A stretch of 64,000 bases of DNA from Heterodontus francisci (lineage: Eukaryota): positions 31,747,163-31,811,162 of the forward strand of contig NC_090393.1 of assembly GCF_036365525.1 (NCBI RefSeq). Reading direction: 5' to 3'. This document shows, one piece after another, positions 59,465 through 64,000 of this stretch. Both the position numbers and the translations under genes were made by a program. Below the pieces are notes generated by a model that worked only from the letters and a program-made list of their open reading frames with translations, did not search any database and was not told the origin of the DNA. Within the stretch, counting starts at the first letter, position 1. Every line of letters starts with the position of its first letter.

Positions 59465-60939
59465 GTATTTGTCTCGTTGGTATTTTAAAAGCTGCTTTGT
59501 TGTGGTGGTGGTCGGTCGTTCCTGTAACGATGTAGCCGCCCCACGATCGGGTCACTAATTACTGTCGCCAGTAACTGTGCGCAGATAATATTTGGGAACA
59601 GAGTATGAAGGAAAGGCTTGATGCAGTTTTTAAGTAGTTTGGAGAAATCCAATAGCACCTTCAAACATCCTTTTATTGCTGGCATTAGCAGAATTGGTCG
59701 AGAAAATGCGAGTGGGCGTTTACGGATGGTGGTGGTTCTATTTTGAAATTTGCATTACAGCACAAGTGTGAAAGTGAGGCGTGTTATTTATTGTGTCATT
59801 ACCAGGGACAGCAGCAAAGGGAGGAGGGGGTGTCCTTACTGTCTGTGTTAGGCCTGGGTTTCTTTCTGGTTTCTTACAGAAGCTGTGAGGACTGCGCAGG
59901 GACTTGTACACATATAAAAGCTTTCCAACCGCAATCCGTGGGGATTTTGTCAGATCTTCCCGGGTTAGTATTTACTGTGCGTGATGTCTGAAACTGAATT
60001 TGTACGGGCATAAGGAAGAGGAGAGTGAGGGATGCTACTACCCAATTCTGGAATATCTGGTGATCAGTAATTACCAGCATTTATGTCTTTGTAAAAAAAA
60101 AATGACTAACAACCTTTGTTATTTGATAGTGCTCATGACATGACATTCAAAATAATATATTAATTCTGGTGTTTTCACCCAATGTTTAAGTCGATGCAAT
60201 GAGAAAAAATTTCAAGCCCATGACAACACCATTGACATTTTAGTACAATACATTTATAAGGGACCTGTTAAAGTTTTGAGTGTCTATTCTACTTAATTGA
60301 AATTTGAGTGGCAATATTGCTATCGTTTAAATCTTGCAATTAATGGAAAACATTTGTTTTAAATGTAAGTATTGTATCAATATAACCTATATGGTATCAT
60401 CTGTGTGTATTATTTAGGTTGTATTGGCGTTCCCAAATTGTTTATTACTACACCCCAGGCCTGCCTTACTCTGAGAATCTACAAAAGCGAAAGTAATCTT
60501 CACTAGTAGTGGAAGTGGGCTGACAATTTTCAATGAGCCCATTTCGCACTACTAGTGAAAATCAATCTCACTTCATGTATTTTCACATAAAACAAGAGGA
60601 TATTTTTGGCTAACATAATAATAATTTGCATTTACATAGTACCTTTAACGTAATGAAATGTCCCAAGGTATTTCAGAAGAGTAATTAGACAAAAATTGAG
60701 ACCAAGTCAAAGGACACATTAGGTCACGTGACACAAAGTTTGGTCCAAGAGGTAGGTTGTAAATGTGTTAAAGAAGGAGGAAGGGTTAAGAAGAGAATTC
60801 CAGAGCTTGGGGCCCACTAATAAGTCTACCTTAAGCCATACAATACTACTTTCTGTCATTAACAACATAAATAGCACAGTGCCAGCACTATACAACTGAA
60901 TAAACCTGAACATAAGTGAATACACAATGACTTATCTCA

Positions 60940-62330
60940 GCATGTAGAATGAGCTGTTTGCTAATTCGTCATTTTTGTAATCTCAGATTTATTTTGGAGA
61001 GTTTCAACTGTAAATCAGCTTCTACGTTCAAACAGCTTCAATACTTTTTGATATAAGTAGATGAAGAAAATCCCATTTCATACGGATAGAATGATGCAAA
61101 GTCGACAAGCCATTTCAGCAGCTTTTTGGGACAACTCGGAAACCTTTCGAATTGAGAGCTGCAACTAATCAAGAGGCATAACTTTCAAATTGTCTCAAAA
61201 CTGAGTCACCAGCACCATTCATCAAATTCTGTTTTAGACTTCCAGCAATCTTGGCCTTTCTACAAAGTCCTCTGCAATTGGATTTCAAACCTAAGCAAAA
61301 TCCTACAATTCATTTATTCCTTTCAGTAAAATATTTGCTGAATTTTGTGCAAAGCTGAGACAAATGCTCCACAAATACATTTTTAACTTCTAAGACTGAC
61401 TTTTCACTGTTCACAATGACAGAAGACAATGTAGGGAACATCACATTGTCTTGCAACAAACAGCTACTCTATACTAAAATATTTTTGGCAAAGCTCTACA
61501 TTTTCCATGGGTAATGAAAATGTTAGTTTTTTCAAAGAAAAGCTAAGTTATTTGAGTCTGTCAAATATATCAGCCAAATAACCCAGTAAAGTCTGGAAGC
61601 ACTGTTTGAAAAATGATGGTGAAATGTTAATTCTGAGTCGATTGAAAACGTGTGGTTCTCCTCCCTGCGTTTTCAGAGTCTTGCCAAAACTTTACCACAA
61701 GATAGTCAGCTATCTTCACCTATCCTTTCAGTTGAAAGAGCTTCTGTTTGATAAACTTTGAAAAAAATCTTTATCATTTTATCATTTTGGACTGGATGTT
61801 TGGTCTCCAATGGACATTTTAGTTTATATAATATATAAAAGCAAAATACTGCAGATGCTGGAAATCTGAAATAAAAACAAGAAATGCTGGAAATACTCAG
61901 CAGGTCTGGCAGCATCTGTGGAGAGAGAAGCAGAGTTAACATTTCAGGTCAGTGACCTTTCATCAGAACATTTTAGTTTGCTTGATTTCTTGCTATCTTG
62001 AGCAAGAATTAAAAAAACTCCTTTCCATCAGTTATCGAACACCAAATGTTGCATTCATGTCAGTTGTATATCATGCTGGAGCTAGGGGTGCTGGGGTGTT
62101 TGGAACACTAATTTGAAATGGCAGATCAATGCAGTATCAGTTCATGCAAGGATCATTTATTTTTGTAGCAAATTGAAAAGGCGCTGCTTATCTGGTGGAT
62201 ATCTGCAGCTGCTACCCAGGAAACCTAACTCCAACTTCCTGCTTTAATATGGTAGATGGGCAATCAAAAGTCTGAAGTACTATAAATTTTAAAGAAACTG
62301 AGTAAATCTAAATACAAAGAAAACACCAGA
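60940..62330 (-). mobile_element. Fossil hAT (Charlie/Buster-type) transposase, not visible in the ORF track
   Basis: Minus-strand decayed motifs in the expected order: ITDG (about 62030), *LSCGKVLARL (about 61700; cf. WLSRGKVL), GYLADIFDRL (about 61570), FASFYPYEMGFSSSTYIKKY*SCLNVEADLQLKLSKI (about 61000-61100; dimerisation domain). Confidence 0.75.
61836..61969 (-). mobile_element. Penelope-derived terminal repeat with hammerhead-like core
   Basis: Minus strand GTT-CTGATGA-A-AGGTC-ACT-GACCT-GAAA-TG-TT-AAC. Confidence 0.7.
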
Positions 62331-62589
62331 AACAGTTCTGATTGGATCAACTTCTGCTTGTAGGAATCAGTGAAATTTCAAACATCCTGTACTGAGATTG
62401 CCCTATGCATGGCTATATTGATGTATGCTTTTTATTCAAAGTTTTTCTTAAATTTATTCAGTTTCTTTAAAATTTAAAGAAATTCTGACTTGAATGCATA
62501 TCCTCTGGCTACATAAATTTGCAACAGTGGATCTTCTTGGCCAACATGTCGTCTTTGCCTTTTCAGTGAAAGGCCAATTCATGTTTTTT

Positions 62590-62786
62590 AATAAAAACAA
62601 GAAATGCTGGAACCACTCAGCAGGTCTGGCAGCATCTGTGAAAAGAGAAGCAGAGTTAACGTTTCGGGTCAGTGACCCTTCATCGGAACCCGATGAAGGG
62701 TCACTGACCCGAAATGTTAACTCTGCTTCTCTTTTCACAGATGCTGCCAGACCTGCTGAGTGGTTCCAGCATTTCTTGTTTTTATT
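62590..62786. repeat. Near-perfect palindrome (97-bp arms, 3-nt loop) of the Penelope-derived repeat
   Basis: Arms at 62590-62686 and 62690-62786 with one mismatch. Confidence 0.95.
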
Positions 62787-63599
62787 TCAGATTTCCAGCA
62801 TCCGCAGTATTTTGCTTTTATTTTCATGTTTTTAATTGGTGTTTGTTGAGAAAAGATACCAAGACCCCCTCTGCTGTTCCTTGAAGAGGCCCATGGAATC
62901 TTTTACATCCACTTCAACAGGCAGATACAGCTTTAGTTTAATGCCTTATCTGAAAGACAGCATTTCTTCAGCGCAGGATTGATGTCACAGCCTAGATTAT
63001 GTCCTAAAGACCTGATGTGGGTCTACATCTCAAATGTTCATAAATTCAAAACATTTTAAAAATATCTTGAAGGATATTCTAAAATTATGAAAGGACTCTT
63101 CCCTGTTACATTATGAAGATTAGGGAGTAACTACCAGGACTTCTCCAAGCTCAGCAAAAATAATCTGGGCCCCTGCTGCACCACAGCATCCCAACCCCCC
63201 TCCCCCCTTGCCGGATAATGTGCTGGGTTGAATCCAATGGGCTACATCAGGATGCTGTTTGGGTTGGGCAGCTGGCTGGTTCAATTTAAATGAGACCTTA
63301 CAATAGCTCCAGCCTTAGAACAGTTGGTGACTGGTGCCCTCTGCCTCTTGTCCAAACAGAGTTAAAATCAAGCCTTGTGTTTTTTTTCCCTCTTTGTTTA
63401 AACATTAAGTGCTGATGATCTCATTTGGGAAAGCAGGCTGAGAGGGGTAAATAAAAGCATTAATGGATCATGAATAGTTTTGAGAATGGGGATGGGAGTT
63501 TCTTGAAGTGCATGCGTGGTGGGGATGGAGGTAGCTCTTGTCACCTTCTCGGACCATATCAGGAGCCATTGTGGGGTATAACCCTTGTCGAGAGCCTCG

Positions 63600-63785
63600 C
63601 ACCTCCTTTAAGTCATTCTTTCAGCTCTATATCTTTGACTAAGCTTTTAGTCACCTGTTCTAATCTCTCCTTATGTGGCTCAGTGACAAATTTTGTTTGC
63701 TAATGCTCCTGTGAAGTGTCTTGGGACATTTTACTATGTCTGCTGGCATATCTACTGGCACTATATAAATGCAAGTTGTGGTTGC
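63600..63785 (+). mobile_element. L2 3' end fragment (another on the minus strand at about 60620-60820)
   Basis: CTTTGACTAAGCTTTTAGTCACCTG...CCTGTGAAGTGTCTTGGGACATTTTAC..TATATAAATGCAAGTTG. Confidence 0.65.
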
Positions 63786-64000
63786 ATACTTTAACACAAT
63801 GTTGTCCAGTAGATATTGCTGACCAGCTACAGATGTGGTTGCGGCACACTGTTGTAGCCACAGGCACTAATTTTAACAATATATGATTGTACTTCATGTG
63901 TATATTTACTGAACAAACATCTACCATCACTCAATGACCTAAGGAAGTGAAGCACTTGCAATGATCAAAAAATACTTGCAAACGCTGCTTTTTGCCTTCG

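Noticed and set aside
62454-62835. ORFs with an internally repeated peptide on both strands
   Set aside because: Artefact of the DNA palindrome.
1-64000. CRISPR arrays or prokaryotic RT systems
   Set aside because: The sequence is a spliced vertebrate locus, all RTs belong to LINE, Gypsy or Penelope debris, and no repeat-spacer array was seen.

Overview
Vertebrate genomic DNA, most likely a cartilaginous fish (shark), inferred from V-SINE/HE1-like, Deu-SINE-like, CR1, L2, RTE and Penelope-derived repeats. The window holds a complete 17-coding-exon ANAPC5 gene on the minus strand (ATG 51460, stop 13738; 2283 nt, 760 aa; all junctions GT-AG and phase-consistent). Head-to-head with it is a CpG/CCAAT promoter with a first exon ending ATGAAG|GT (59459-59464), probably RNF34 exon 1 by synteny. 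The rest is mostly mobile-element debris. Notable structure: (1) a diverged inverted copy of that promoter/exon-1/intron-start block at about 2040-2866, so ANAPC5 is bracketed by two outward-facing copies; (2) two families of minimal hammerhead-ribozyme-like motifs in Penelope-derived repeats, some in fold-back palindromes; (3) a 526-bp locally templated insertion with a 16-bp target duplication; (4) two independent RTE insertions at the same nucleotide of one SINE family; (5) an about 86-bp RTE target duplication containing a micro-inversion. Repeat boundaries are approximate and all alignments were done by eye.
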